Below, piece by piece: positions 24,647 through 33,868 of a stretch of DNA of 34,632 nt (the stretch's first letter is position 1; each line of letters begins with the position of its first letter). The stretch lies in the NCBI GenBank assembly GCA_039919035.1, contig JBDSGI010000459.1, positions 1-34,632 of the forward strand. The letters run 5' to 3'. A model generated the notes under the pieces. It was not told the DNA's origin. It made no database searches and was given only the letters and a program-made list of their open reading frames with translations. The stretch is from Opitutaceae bacterium. GTDB taxonomy: Bacteria; Verrucomicrobiota; Verrucomicrobiia; Opitutales; Opitutaceae. The position numbers were made by a program, and so were the translations under genes.

Positions 24647-26124
24647 CGCGACGCAGCGGGCTGCGCCGCCGAAATCTTCAGATGGCGGAGCCGAAACAGT
24701 GCCCCGCGCGGCGCATTCTCGTCGCAGTTGATTTCCCAGCGGTGGGCGGCGACGATTTGCTGCACGATCGCGAGGCCGAGACCGGAACCCTTGGGGCGCA
24801 TGGTGACGTAGGGCTTGAAAATCGTGGCGCGTTCGCCGACGGGGACGCCCGGACCGTCGTCGGCGATTTCCATTTTTGCCTCGCCGGCGGCGTCGGCCAT
24901 CCAGCTTACATCGATCCGGCCCCCGCTGTCCACGGCCTGCACGGCGTTGAGGAGGAGATTGAAAAGCGCCTGGCGGAAAAGTGCGGCGTCGGCCTCGACC
25001 AGCAAAGGCATCGTGGCCGGGACGAGCTGAATTTGTTTTTCCTCGAGATCGGATTGGAGGGTTCGCGCCACGTCGGCCACCAAGGCGGAGAGTTCGACGG
25101 GGGCGAGGTGAGCTTCGCGCGGTTTGGAGTAATGAATGAACTCGTTGAGCTGAACGGTGACGCGATCGGCCTCCTCGATGATGTTGGCGGCATGCTCCTT
25201 CAGTTTCGGCGGGCTCTGCGGCTCCATCGCCATCAGCTGGGCGAGGCCGCGGATGAGGTTGAGGGGATTTCGCGTCTCGTGCGCGAGGCCGGCGGCGGCG
25301 AAATTCATGCCGCTCAGGTGAGTGTTCATCTCGACCGCCTTGACGAGGCGGATTTGGAGTGCGGCGTTCTGGCGGAGGTTGCGCCACGCGAGCGCCGCCC
25401 CGAGCGCGGCGCCGGCGGCGAGCAGGCTGACGAGCGTGCGCAGCAGCAGGTCGTTGCGCACGGCGTTGCGCAGCTCGACCGTCGAGAGCGAAATCACGAG
25501 ACTGTGCACGCCCTGCTTTTGGATGACCGAATTGTATTCCTCGGGGCTCATCCAGGCCGGACGGCCGAAAGGCGAGCGTGGCGAAGCGGGCCCGGCGGCC
25601 ACGGGATCGCCCGTTTTCGTGGTCGCGCCTTCGGGCGCGCGGCGGCTGGTGGAGGGGCGAAACGCCCGGGGATCGTTGACGACGATTGCCGCCGGGGGCC
25701 GCGTGGCGTCTTCCGGGGTGGCGGAGCCGAGGTCCATCACGTTCATCAGCGTGAGGGTGGTGGGGTGCCAGGCGACGCCGCGCTCGCGCAGCATTTCGGA
25801 GGTGGGCTCCAGATGAGGCCCGGCGCTCGCGATCGTTTCGCCGGTGGCGCCGAGGATGGCGATGGCCTCAAGTTCGCCGGGGCGCACGAGATCCAGAAGC
25901 GTGGCTTCGAGCCGATCCTTGGACACGATGCCGCCGAAGCGGCGCTGGGATCGGACGACGACGCCAAGGGTCGAGGTGATGTCACGCCCGCGGTTGATGA
26001 GCGCCTGGGCGGCGGCGCGCTCGAACCGCGCGTGCTCCTGCGCCTGCCAGCCGCACACCGCGAGCACCGCCGCGACGAAGAGCGCGGCGATCACGAGGCG
26101 ACGATTGGCGGGGAGCGGGCCCAT
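24643..26124 (-). CDS. Membrane sensor histidine kinase (ZraS/PilS-like)
   Basis: Two TM segments flank a periplasmic domain; H-box AHETRNPL, N-box NLLLNAVQA, DDGPG, IFKPY and GSGLGL. Confidence 0.93.
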   Translation of the reverse strand: MGPLPANRRLVIAALFVAAVLAVCGWQAQEHARFERAAAQALINRGRDITSTLGVVVRSQRRFGGIVSKDRLEATLLDLVRPGELEAIAILGATGETIASAGPHLEPTSEMLRERGVAWHPTTLTLMNVMDLGSATPEDATRPPAAIVVNDPRAFRPSTSRRAPEGATTKTGDPVAAGPASPRSPFGRPAWMSPEEYNSVIQKQGVHSLVISLSTVELRNAVRNDLLLRTLVSLLAAGAALGAALAWRNLRQNAALQIRLVKAVEMNTHLSGMNFAAAGLAHETRNPLNLIRGLAQLMAMEPQSPPKLKEHAANIIEEADRVTVQLNEFIHYSKPREAHLAPVELSALVADVARTLQSDLEEKQIQLVPATMPLLVEADAALFRQALFNLLLNAVQAVDSGGRIDVSWMADAAGEAKMEIADDGPGVPVGERATIFKPYVTMRPKGSGLGLAIVQQIVAAHRWEINCDENAPRGALFRLRHLKISAAQPAASR

Positions 26125-26170
26125 GGTGGCGGGCGTGTTTATCGCGCCGTTGCCACCTCCGTTCCAAGCC

Positions 26171-27289
26171 TCAATTCTTTTGGGGCGAAATGAAGCGGCT
26201 GAGGTCGGCCTTCTCGAAGATCTTGTTCGTCATCTCCAGTCGGGCCTGCTCGCCGTCGGTGACCTTGCTCAGTTCGTCGGGCGTGGCCACGACATGGGGA
26301 GTCAGGAAAATCAGGAGCTCGCTTTTCACCTTGCCGGTGGTCTTGCGGCGGAAGGCGGCCCCGAGCACCGGTATGTCGCCGAGGATCGGAATCTTGCTTT
26401 CGGAGTCGGAGTTTTGCGTCGAGATGAGGCCGCCGATGACAATCGTCTGATCGCTTTGGGTGACGACCACAGTGTCGGCGGAGCGCTTGTCAATCACGGG
26501 CTGACTGTTGATCGTCTGGACGCTCAGAGAGGAAATCTCCGGCGACACGATCATTTCGACGAGTCCGTTCGACGTGATGAACGGCGTGACCTTCAGGATA
26601 ATGCCGACGTCCTGATACGACGTGGTTGTGGTGATGGAATTCGAGTTGGTGTTGAGGGTCGAGGTGTTGACCAGCGGGATCGTCTGGCCGACGAGGATGG
26701 TCGCCTGCTGGTTGCTGCGCGTGAGGATCGAGGGGCGGGAGAGGATCTCGGTCTTGGCGACACCGGAGAGCGCGTGGATGGTCGCGTTTACGTCGCGGCC
26801 GACGAGTTGGTAGAAGGCGCCGTAAACGGTCCGATCCGCGAGTTGCTGGGCGACGCCAAATCGTGAGGTCGCGATGCCCTCGGGGTTGGTCTTGATCGAG
26901 ATGGGACCCTTGTAAACGGCCTCGGCGCCGAGGTCGAAGCTGTTGTCGTGCGTGACCTGCATGAAGACCACGTTGATCAGCACCTGCGGTTTCGGCTTAT
27001 CGAGATTGGCGATGATGGTCTTGATGTTTTCGTTGGTCGCATCGTCGGTCACGACGATGAGCCGGCGGGTATCGACATCGCTGGAGATCATGGCGTCGCC
27101 GACCATGGTGGTATTCTGGTAGGAGCGGGTGCCGCCGGAATTGGAGCCGCCACTCCCGCCGCCGGTGGCACCGCCGCCCGTGGTCGTGCCGCCGCGGCTG
27201 CCGGTCGTCTGGGCATGGAGGTTGCCAACAAGCAGGGCGGCGGTGGCAGCCAGTGCGAGCCGTTGGAATCGAGAGGTTCGGAAATTCAT
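26171..27289 (-). CDS. gspD: Secretin (GspD) C-terminal part: second half of N3 plus secretin core, with its own signal peptide
   Basis: Signal MNFRTSRFQRLALAATAALLVGNLHA/Q, a Gly/Thr-rich stretch, then ISSDVDTRRLIVV...IIANLDKPKPQVLI, ILSRPSI, VGQTIP, YQDVGIILKVTPFI, IVIGGL, KIPILGDIPVLGAAFR and ELLIFLTPHVV. Confidence 0.92.
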   Translation of the reverse strand: MNFRTSRFQRLALAATAALLVGNLHAQTTGSRGGTTTGGGATGGGSGGSNSGGTRSYQNTTMVGDAMISSDVDTRRLIVVTDDATNENIKTIIANLDKPKPQVLINVVFMQVTHDNSFDLGAEAVYKGPISIKTNPEGIATSRFGVAQQLADRTVYGAFYQLVGRDVNATIHALSGVAKTEILSRPSILTRSNQQATILVGQTIPLVNTSTLNTNSNSITTTTSYQDVGIILKVTPFITSNGLVEMIVSPEISSLSVQTINSQPVIDKRSADTVVVTQSDQTIVIGGLISTQNSDSESKIPILGDIPVLGAAFRRKTTGKVKSELLIFLTPHVVATPDELSKVTDGEQARLEMTNKIFEKADLSRFISPQKN

Positions 27290-27337
27290 AGTCAGATCGG
27301 TTTGCGTTCGAAGGGGGATGGAGAGCGCGCGGATTCG

Positions 27338-28567
27338 TTAGTTGGTGCGGGCCCCGGTGGTGGCGCTGTTGGTGCCGAGCTGGAGGTTTTGCGTGGTATT
27401 TTGCTGCGCGTTTTGGGTGGCGCGGGTGGTCAGCGCATCCGGCTGGTTGTTGGTCGTCGTGCGGCCGGTGCTGCTCTGGAAGAGATTCTTCAGCACGGTT
27501 TCGACCTGCTTCACGTTCGCATTCTCCATCGTGTAAACGAAGACCTTCTGTTTGCGTGCCGAGCTGGAATCGAGCTGCGCGACCATTTCGGTGATGTCCG
27601 GCATCACTTCCTTCGCCGCCGTCACAATCACGGAATAGGTGCGCGGGTCGGCCACGGCGACCACAGGCACGGTGCGCGCCGAGGTGGTGCCGCCGCTCCC
27701 GCCGCCGGTGCGGGAGCCGCGACCGCTCGTGCTGCCGCCGGGGGCTGCGCCGCCACCGCCGAAAGCGGCGGCGAGACCGGGCGGCAAGCCGCCGCCGAAA
27801 CCGGGGAATCCACCGCGCCCGGTGGTGCCGGTGGTGCCGCCGCGTCCGCCCGCGCCGGCGGCAGGCGTCCCGTAAAGACTGGTGAGCAACTGCGCCATTT
27901 CATAGGGGTCGGCGTTCACGAGCTTGAAAACCTTCATCGTCGAGACGGTGTCGCTCGAGCTGTCGAGCGCGTTCACGAGCGTGACGACCTGCTTCAGGTT
28001 GATGTTGGTGTCGGTGACGAGGAGGGAATTGCTGTCCGTGTTGGCGGTGATGGCGGAAGAGCCGGGCAGCAGCGTGCCGAGGTCGCGGGCAGCGGTGGTC
28101 GCGTCGAGATGGCGCAGCGGGATGATCTGGATGAACATCTCGGCGGTCATTGGGATATCCTCGGGATTGTTGCCGGTGCGGATCGGCAGGTTCTTTTTCT
28201 TCGCGTCGTCCTTTGAGGCAATGACGATGGTGCGGCCCTGCACGACGGCGGTGTAGCCGTTCTTGCTGAGCGCGATTTGGAGGAGCTGGATGGCCTCCGC
28301 TTTCGTCACCGGTTGGGCGCTATACATGTCCACGTTGCCGCGCACAGGCGTGTCCATGACGATGATGAAGCCGGCGGCCTCGCTCATGTAGTTGAGGACG
28401 GTTTCGAGCGGGGCGCCGCGAAAGTTGAAACGCAGCTCGCCGGGGGCGCGGGACGAGTCGGTCGCGGCGGCGGTCGTGGTGGCGGGCGCCGGTATCTGGG
28501 CTGGGGCCCCGGCCGTCAGGGCGGCGAATCCGAGGCAGAGCGTGGGGGCAAGGAGGTTGGTTTTCAT
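27338..28567 (-). CDS. gspD: Secretin (GspD) N-terminal part: N0, N1, N2 and first half of N3, with signal peptide
   Basis: N0: LRFNFRGAPLETVL...DTPVRGNV...ALSKNG. N1: QIIPLRHLDA...SNSLLVTD...ALD. N2: KVFKLVNADP...DPRTYSVIV...QLD. These are followed by KVFVYTMENANVKQVETVLKNLF and a Thr/Asn/Gln-rich tail. There is no secretin barrel domain. Confidence 0.88.
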   Translation of the reverse strand: MKTNLLAPTLCLGFAALTAGAPAQIPAPATTTAAATDSSRAPGELRFNFRGAPLETVLNYMSEAAGFIIVMDTPVRGNVDMYSAQPVTKAEAIQLLQIALSKNGYTAVVQGRTIVIASKDDAKKKNLPIRTGNNPEDIPMTAEMFIQIIPLRHLDATTAARDLGTLLPGSSAITANTDSNSLLVTDTNINLKQVVTLVNALDSSSDTVSTMKVFKLVNADPYEMAQLLTSLYGTPAAGAGGRGGTTGTTGRGGFPGFGGGLPPGLAAAFGGGGAAPGGSTSGRGSRTGGGSGGTTSARTVPVVAVADPRTYSVIVTAAKEVMPDITEMVAQLDSSSARKQKVFVYTMENANVKQVETVLKNLFQSSTGRTTTNNQPDALTTRATQNAQQNTTQNLQLGTNSATTGARTN

Positions 28568-29262
28568 TTTTTCAAATCTTGATTGCGCTTTTCCATGAGG
28601 CGCCGGGTGACTTCATCGGCGTTGGTCGGGATGACTACTTGGGCGGTCGGATCGATTTTGCCGGCGCTGGTCTTGGCGGCGGCGGTCGCGGCCTCGCTGC
28701 GCACGACATCGGCGGCGATGAGTTTCCATTCGCCCCCTTCCGGGCGGCGCAGTTGCTGGCCGACGCGCATCGAGACCGGCTGGCCTTCGCGCTCCAGCTC
28801 GACACCGGTGGGCGAGACTTGGGTGACTTTAAACGACTCGATGGAATCGCCGGCGCGCAGGGCTTTGCGATAGGCGGACGAGGAACCGTCAAAAAACGCC
28901 CGGAGCCCGCGGTCGGATTCCATGGTGCCGACGAGGGTGATCTGGTCGAGTCGCGGCGCAATTTCCTCGGTGCTGCGCTCGCGGCGGCCGGTGCGATTCG
29001 GGTTGAAAATATTCCGATCGGCGATGGCGCGAAATCCGTCAAACGATCCAGCCGGAGCGGTGGCGGTGTCCGTGCGCGCGGGGGTCTTCGCGCTAGATTC
29101 GGCACGCGACCGGCGCGACGGCGCGGGCGAGGCCGGGAGGGCCGGCGTGACGGCGGCCGGGGCGACCGGGGCAGGTGTGTCAGGTGCCTTCGCCGGCTCT
29201 GCGGCCAGAGCATGGGCGGCGCTGACGGTGAGGACCGTGAGGAAGAAAGTGCGCGGCATCAT
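28564..29262 (-). CDS. GspC/PilP-like T2SS connector protein
   Basis: Position between gspM and gspD, an N-terminal hydrophobic segment, a Pro/Ala linker, RNIFNP, and ITLVGT...A-F...LRAGDSI...VTQV (homology-region-like beta fold). Confidence 0.65.
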   Translation of the reverse strand: MMPRTFFLTVLTVSAAHALAAEPAKAPDTPAPVAPAAVTPALPASPAPSRRSRAESSAKTPARTDTATAPAGSFDGFRAIADRNIFNPNRTGRRERSTEEIAPRLDQITLVGTMESDRGLRAFFDGSSSAYRKALRAGDSIESFKVTQVSPTGVELEREGQPVSMRVGQQLRRPEGGEWKLIAADVVRSEAATAAAKTSAGKIDPTAQVVIPTNADEVTRRLMEKRNQDLKK

Positions 29263-29810
29263 TGTTGTTTGCGCTCCAAGGGTGAGAGGCGAAGGCCGCT
29301 GACGATGAGGCCGAGGGTGAGCTTTTGACCGTAGTCGTCGCGCGAGGTCATTTCAACCGAGTCGACGCGCAGGGCAAGCGGTGAGTGTTCCAGTTCATAG
29401 ATGAAGCGGCTCAGCGTCGGAATCGTGCCGGTGGCATCGACGCGGGTTTCGAGCAACGAATAGGTGTCCTTGGCGCCACGCTTCCATTGCGGACGGATGG
29501 AGCTGAGTTCGATGTTGTTGGCGCGGCCCCAGCGGTCGAACGAGGAAATCACATCCTGCTCGGCCTGCGATGCGTCTTTCGGCAGGGCGTTGGCCCGCAT
29601 GTCGGCCCAGGTTTTTTCGGTCTGGTTGGCGCGGGCGATGGCGTTGCGGCCACGCGCGACATCGCTCTTCAGCTTCGCGATCTCGGCGGAGTGCGCCTTA
29701 TACGTTTTGTAGAGCGGCTCGAACAGAACGCTGTTGAGCACAAAGAGGGCGACCATGACGCCGGCCCCGATCACGAGCCCGCGCTGGCGGTTGGGAAGGG
29801 TGATTTTCAT
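29259..29810 (-). CDS. gspM: GspM/PilO-like inner-membrane protein
   Basis: LPNRQR followed by a single TM, a coiled coil and a ferredoxin-like C-terminus (ATGTIPTLSRFIYELE...LRVDSVEM); operon position supports the call. Confidence 0.72.
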   Translation of the reverse strand: MKITLPNRQRGLVIGAGVMVALFVLNSVLFEPLYKTYKAHSAEIAKLKSDVARGRNAIARANQTEKTWADMRANALPKDASQAEQDVISSFDRWGRANNIELSSIRPQWKRGAKDTYSLLETRVDATGTIPTLSRFIYELEHSPLALRVDSVEMTSRDDYGQKLTLGLIVSGLRLSPLERKQQ

Positions 29811-31249
29811 ATGCCGGCGCGGGTTTTCCAGCCGAAGGTGAGGGTGAATTGCATCGGGGTTTTACCGCGGATCTGCTCGATCTTGAGGTTCTGGACTTCT
29901 TTCACCTGCCGCAACTGCTCCTGCACGCGGAGGAGTGAGGCGTTGTCTCGTGCCGTGCCGCTGATGTTGACGAGGGCATTGGGGGCATTGAGGTTGACGA
30001 GGGCATTGGTGTTGCCGCGCACCTCGAAGGTTTTGGCGGTGACGCTGCCGTTGTCCGGAAAGCATTCGGTCACGCGCATCAGGATACTGAGGCTGCGGTG
30101 CGTGGTGTCATACCACGGCTTGAACTCGTCGATTTGCCGCTGCACGGCGTCGAGTTTCACGACTTGCGGCTGCATGTCGCCCCACTCGGAACGCAAGTTC
30201 CAGCGTTCGTATTCCTGCCAGCCGAACGCCGCGAGGGCGACGAGAGCGGCGGCACCCACGGCGAATCCGGCCGTCGCGAGCCGCTTCGAGTTGTAGCGCG
30301 CCATGAGCAGCGCCCAGCGGCCCGGATGGGGGGGGAGAAACTCAAGTTCAGATGAGTCGTTCTCCAGCCACCGGCCCGCGAGCTTTTCCGCGATTTCGGC
30401 GGAGAGATCCTTGTCGGGCAGGTCGCCGCGCACGATCGCGAGGCCCATGCCCTTGGCCCAGTCGCCGAGACTGCCGGCGAGCTGCCGGGCCAGACCGGAT
30501 TCGCCGGTCAGGTAGAGTTCGTGCAATTGCGCGCGGAGGTCGGCGGGCACCTGCTCGAGCGTGATGCGCAACTCGCGCGCAACCGCCGCGCCGTTGAGGA
30601 CGCTCTCTCCGGCCTCCGAATTGATGTTCACTTCAAACGTGCGGAACGCCGCGATGCCGCCCCCCGCGGCTACGAGCAGGGTCACGCCGGCGTGATCGAC
30701 GGCGACGATGATGCGGCCGGCGCCGGCGGCCACGTGGGCGGCGGGCAGCACGGCGAGACCGAGGGAGAAACTCACCGGCTTGAGCTTGGCGGCCCGTAAC
30801 ACGGCGATGAGCTGCTCCAGCTGTTCGCGGCGCACCGCGAGCTGGGTGACGTGGGTGCCGGACTCCGATTTTTGAAACGAGTGTGCGATCTGAAGTTGCG
30901 CGGGATCGACTGGGAAGCCCTTTTCGGCCTCGATTTGGAGGAAGCTCGCGGTGTCCTCGGGCGAAAGCTCCGGCACCTTGGTCTGCTGGCTCATCACCCA
31001 GCGCGGGGGAATGCGGACGACGCACTCCCGCTCGCGGATGCCCGCCGCGTCGAGGTGGTTCTTGATCTCGCGACCGATGAGTTCCGGCTCGGGATGCATC
31101 AGATCGAGGGAGAGTGCGGCGCTCGCGGCTTTCACGACTTCGAGGCCGCCCTTGGCACGGGTCATGTGAATTGCCCGCAACTGGCCGTCGCTGAGCGAAA
31201 GGCCGAGGACGGATTGGGCGCGCTTTTTGATTTTCCTCTTCATGCTCAT
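29807..31249 (-). CDS. gspL: GspL-like (PilM-like cytoplasmic actin-fold domain, TM, PilN-like periplasmic domain), 480 aa
   Basis: ATG 31249 forms an ATGA overlap with the gspK stop. VLGLSLSDGQLRAI is PilM-like, followed by LEFLPP, a TM, a coiled coil and VNISGTA...FTL. Confidence 0.75.
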   Translation of the reverse strand: MSMKRKIKKRAQSVLGLSLSDGQLRAIHMTRAKGGLEVVKAASAALSLDLMHPEPELIGREIKNHLDAAGIRERECVVRIPPRWVMSQQTKVPELSPEDTASFLQIEAEKGFPVDPAQLQIAHSFQKSESGTHVTQLAVRREQLEQLIAVLRAAKLKPVSFSLGLAVLPAAHVAAGAGRIIVAVDHAGVTLLVAAGGGIAAFRTFEVNINSEAGESVLNGAAVARELRITLEQVPADLRAQLHELYLTGESGLARQLAGSLGDWAKGMGLAIVRGDLPDKDLSAEIAEKLAGRWLENDSSELEFLPPHPGRWALLMARYNSKRLATAGFAVGAAALVALAAFGWQEYERWNLRSEWGDMQPQVVKLDAVQRQIDEFKPWYDTTHRSLSILMRVTECFPDNGSVTAKTFEVRGNTNALVNLNAPNALVNISGTARDNASLLRVQEQLRQVKEVQNLKIEQIRGKTPMQFTLTFGWKTRAGI

Positions 31250-32646
31250 ATGTCGGTTATTCCGTTCAGGGCGCGACGGATCACGGTGCCAAGCGCCCAC
31301 CCGAAGGCGGTGAGATCCTGCCGGTAAACGATGCGGGGCGTGCTGGTGCTGGTATCGAAAACAATCTTCTCGCGGCCATAGCCCCGGCCGTTGGTGCCCA
31401 CCGCCGCGATGTCGGCGCTGAATTGGTAGGACTGGTCGGTGATGTAGCGGCCCGCCTGGCGAATTTGCGCGTTGGTGAGCACCTGCGTGAGCCAAGCCAT
31501 CGAGGTGAGGGCGGTTGGGTTGGACCGGCGATAGGAAACCAGCGCGGCGGCGCGTTCGGCGCCGATGCCCGGAATGCAAGTCAGGACGGCCTCGCTGGCG
31601 GTGTTGACGTTGACGAGGCCGGGGGCCGCGCCGTTGTTCGCGCTCGAGGCCGTGAGGTCGGTGTGCACGAGCACGAATTCTTCGGCGGTCATCTGCGTTG
31701 TGACCATGAAGTCCGCGACACTGTTGATCGTGCTTTGGTTGTTGGGAATTCGTGGATCGAAGGGAAGGCGCGCCATCATTTGAGCGGCGCGCTGGGTGGA
31801 GATGCCGCGCTGCGTGAGGCGACTCTGCATCTGCTGGCGCGTTTGCTGCGTGGTAAGGGTGGTGACGTTGATACGCCGTGACCCCGAGGCAGAAGTAGCC
31901 GGCACTCGGCTGTAAACCGTCACGTATTCCAGCAGCCCGGCGAGCAGCTGACCGTTCTGGTCGTCGCGAGGTGCGGAGAGGTCGCCGTCGTCCTCGTTGG
32001 GATCGAGCACGCCGTTGCGATTGGTGTCCTCGCCGAGCAGCACGTCGAGCATGGCGCCGTTGATCAGGCGGACCTCATCAACCGTCTCGTATGGCGCTCC
32101 CTTATTGTGGCGCGCCGGATCGAGCTGCGAATAGAGATTATCCATGTTGGCCGCGTTCTGGCTCGTGGCGCTGCGCCAGGCGACGATGGCATCGGCCAGT
32201 TCGGCCGTCATGGTTGGAATCGGCAGGGCTTGCAGCATCGCCGAGGTGACGGTGTTCAGGTTGAGCTTCGACGATTCATCAACCAGGGCGAAATAGGGCT
32301 GGTTCAGCTGTGCCTGCGGTTGTTCGTCGGTGTTGCGGCCGATGAACCAGAAAGTCGCGTCGCCCACGGGCAGCGCCTCGGCCTTGTAGTCTTCGATGCT
32401 GGGAACGGTGCCGCCGACGGCGAACTGCTTGAGCACGTAGGTGGCGTAGCGAATGCCGCCGGCAACGGCCTGACGGGCGGAAACTTCGCTGATGCGATTG
32501 TTGGCCGCGCGCAGCTCCGAACTCATCGAGTTGCCGAAGTAGAGCGTGAGCGTGACGAGCCCCAGGCAAATCCACATCACGATGACCAAGACCGAGCCAC
32601 GCCGGGACTGGGTGCGAACGGAGGAACTTGTTTCCCGGTGAATCAT
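31246..32646 (-). CDS. gspK: Minor pseudopilin GspK
   Basis: Prepilin site RRG/SVLVIVMW without Glu5, DESSKLNLN, ADAIVAWR, VNVNTASEAVL and a helix-hairpin-helix IPGIG. Confidence 0.9.
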   Translation of the reverse strand: MIHRETSSSVRTQSRRGSVLVIVMWICLGLVTLTLYFGNSMSSELRAANNRISEVSARQAVAGGIRYATYVLKQFAVGGTVPSIEDYKAEALPVGDATFWFIGRNTDEQPQAQLNQPYFALVDESSKLNLNTVTSAMLQALPIPTMTAELADAIVAWRSATSQNAANMDNLYSQLDPARHNKGAPYETVDEVRLINGAMLDVLLGEDTNRNGVLDPNEDDGDLSAPRDDQNGQLLAGLLEYVTVYSRVPATSASGSRRINVTTLTTQQTRQQMQSRLTQRGISTQRAAQMMARLPFDPRIPNNQSTINSVADFMVTTQMTAEEFVLVHTDLTASSANNGAAPGLVNVNTASEAVLTCIPGIGAERAAALVSYRRSNPTALTSMAWLTQVLTNAQIRQAGRYITDQSYQFSADIAAVGTNGRGYGREKIVFDTSTSTPRIVYRQDLTAFGWALGTVIRRALNGITDI

Positions 32647-33446
32647 AGCGCGGGCGCGGCGAGCGCCGCATCAGCGGCCAGTTGCGCGCTGGTCGGGGTG
32701 GTGACGTAAACCGGCACGACGAGCTCGACCGGACCGGGATTGGTGCTCGCGAAGGCATTCCCACGCGGGGCGAGCACGAGACTGAACTTAAACGCGGAGG
32801 GCAGGGTGCCCGTCGCGGTGGTGTCCCACGTGTCGGCCCAATATTCGCCGTCGAAAAACGAAAGGGAGGCCGACACCACGCCGGGCAGCAGCGTGAAGGT
32901 ATCCGCGATCGGGTCGGTCGCGGGCAGCAGGTTGCGGGTCACGACGCGCACGAGATCTTTGGTGGGGCCGCCGTCCGCCGCTGGGGTGAGGTAGTAGGCG
33001 ACGGTTTGCACCTCGGCGAAGGGCGTCCAGCCGTCGATGCGACCGGAGCTGGTGGTGATGTCGGGCGTGACGCGTTCGCCCTGGCTGTCCATCGCGTTGG
33101 TGCTGAAGCTGTCGCTGACGAGCTGGCCGGAGAGCGTATTGGTCGTGGCCTGCGGATTGGCCGGAAGCATGATGCCGGCGAGATCCTTGCGCACGATGCC
33201 CAGGGTGCGTTGCACCACGAGGTCCAGGTCGATTTTCTCGTGGGTGGTGTTGTGCAGACGCAGCGCGCCGAAAAACGTGGTGTTAATCACGAGCAGCACG
33301 ATTGCGCCGATGGCGGTGGCGACTAGGAGTTCAAGCAAAGTGAACCCAGCTTTGCCGCGGTTGCCCACCGCCCGGCTGCTGTCGCGCCGGACGGCGTGAC
33401 GCGGGCTGCGGCGGGCGCGATGAACGTGATGGGCGGCGGGGTTCAT
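32643..33446 (-). CDS. gspJ: Minor pseudopilin GspJ
   Basis: KAG/FTLLELLVA class III signal, IVRKDLAG, VAYYL, FFDG...W-DTW and LPSA; it lies before gspK. Confidence 0.88.
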   Translation of the reverse strand: MNPAAHHVHRARRSPRHAVRRDSSRAVGNRGKAGFTLLELLVATAIGAIVLLVINTTFFGALRLHNTTHEKIDLDLVVQRTLGIVRKDLAGIMLPANPQATTNTLSGQLVSDSFSTNAMDSQGERVTPDITTSSGRIDGWTPFAEVQTVAYYLTPAADGGPTKDLVRVVTRNLLPATDPIADTFTLLPGVVSASLSFFDGEYWADTWDTTATGTLPSAFKFSLVLAPRGNAFASTNPGPVELVVPVYVTTPTSAQLAADAALAAPAL

Positions 33447-33868
33447 TGCGTCACGGCGGCGAGGCCGCTGGTCGTGGTGCCGGTGACCGCCGGGTCATAC
33501 AGCGTGCTCGCGGCGATGTCGAAGGTTGTCCCTTGGACATCGAACGACACTCGCACGGTGACGACGGTCATCGCGTCTTCCGTCCACGGTTCGGTGAGCA
33601 TCGTCCACGGGTAGCTGATATCGCCATCAATGACGTTGCCGTAGGGCGTCGCGGTGCCGATTTGGCCGGAGGCGATTTGCTCGTTGAGCACCCGCTCGGC
33701 GATGCGCATTGCGGTTGCCTTGCGCTGGCCGAGGATGCCCGCCCGACTGGCCACCGCCACGCCTTGCATCGTAACTGGGATCAAAATGGCCATGAACAAC
33801 AAGGCGGCCAGCACTTCTGCCAGCGTGAATCCCCTGGGGCGCAGGTGGCGCTGGGCATCAGTTGACAT
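33443..33868 (-). CDS. gspI: Minor pseudopilin GspI
   Basis: ATG 33868 gives MSTDAQRHLRPRG/FTLAEVLAAL, A-RIAERVLNE, YPW and VTVRVSF. Its size (141 aa) and position fit GspI. Confidence 0.85.
   Translation of the reverse strand: MSTDAQRHLRPRGFTLAEVLAALLFMAILIPVTMQGVAVASRAGILGQRKATAMRIAERVLNEQIASGQIGTATPYGNVIDGDISYPWTMLTEPWTEDAMTVVTVRVSFDVQGTTFDIAASTLYDPAVTGTTTSGLAAVTQ

Noticed and set aside
24647-25387. 247-aa N-terminal extension of the response regulator ORF (23294-25387 in the track)
   Set aside because: It is an Arg-rich off-frame reading of the kinase gene. The receiver domain begins at GTG 24646, coupled to the kinase stop.
27660-27870. Gly/Thr-rich low-complexity DNA (also 27130-27205) as a repeat array or CRISPR
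   Set aside because: It has no fixed repeat-spacer periodicity and encodes disordered secretin loops.
31250-31579. N-terminal extensions of the gspL ORF (and likewise gspI 33869-34138, receptor 11559-11675 and chimera 20349-20453)
   Set aside because: Better starts lie downstream, each giving a signal peptide or a coupled overlap. Except for the receptor's, the extensions are off-frame readings of the upstream gene.
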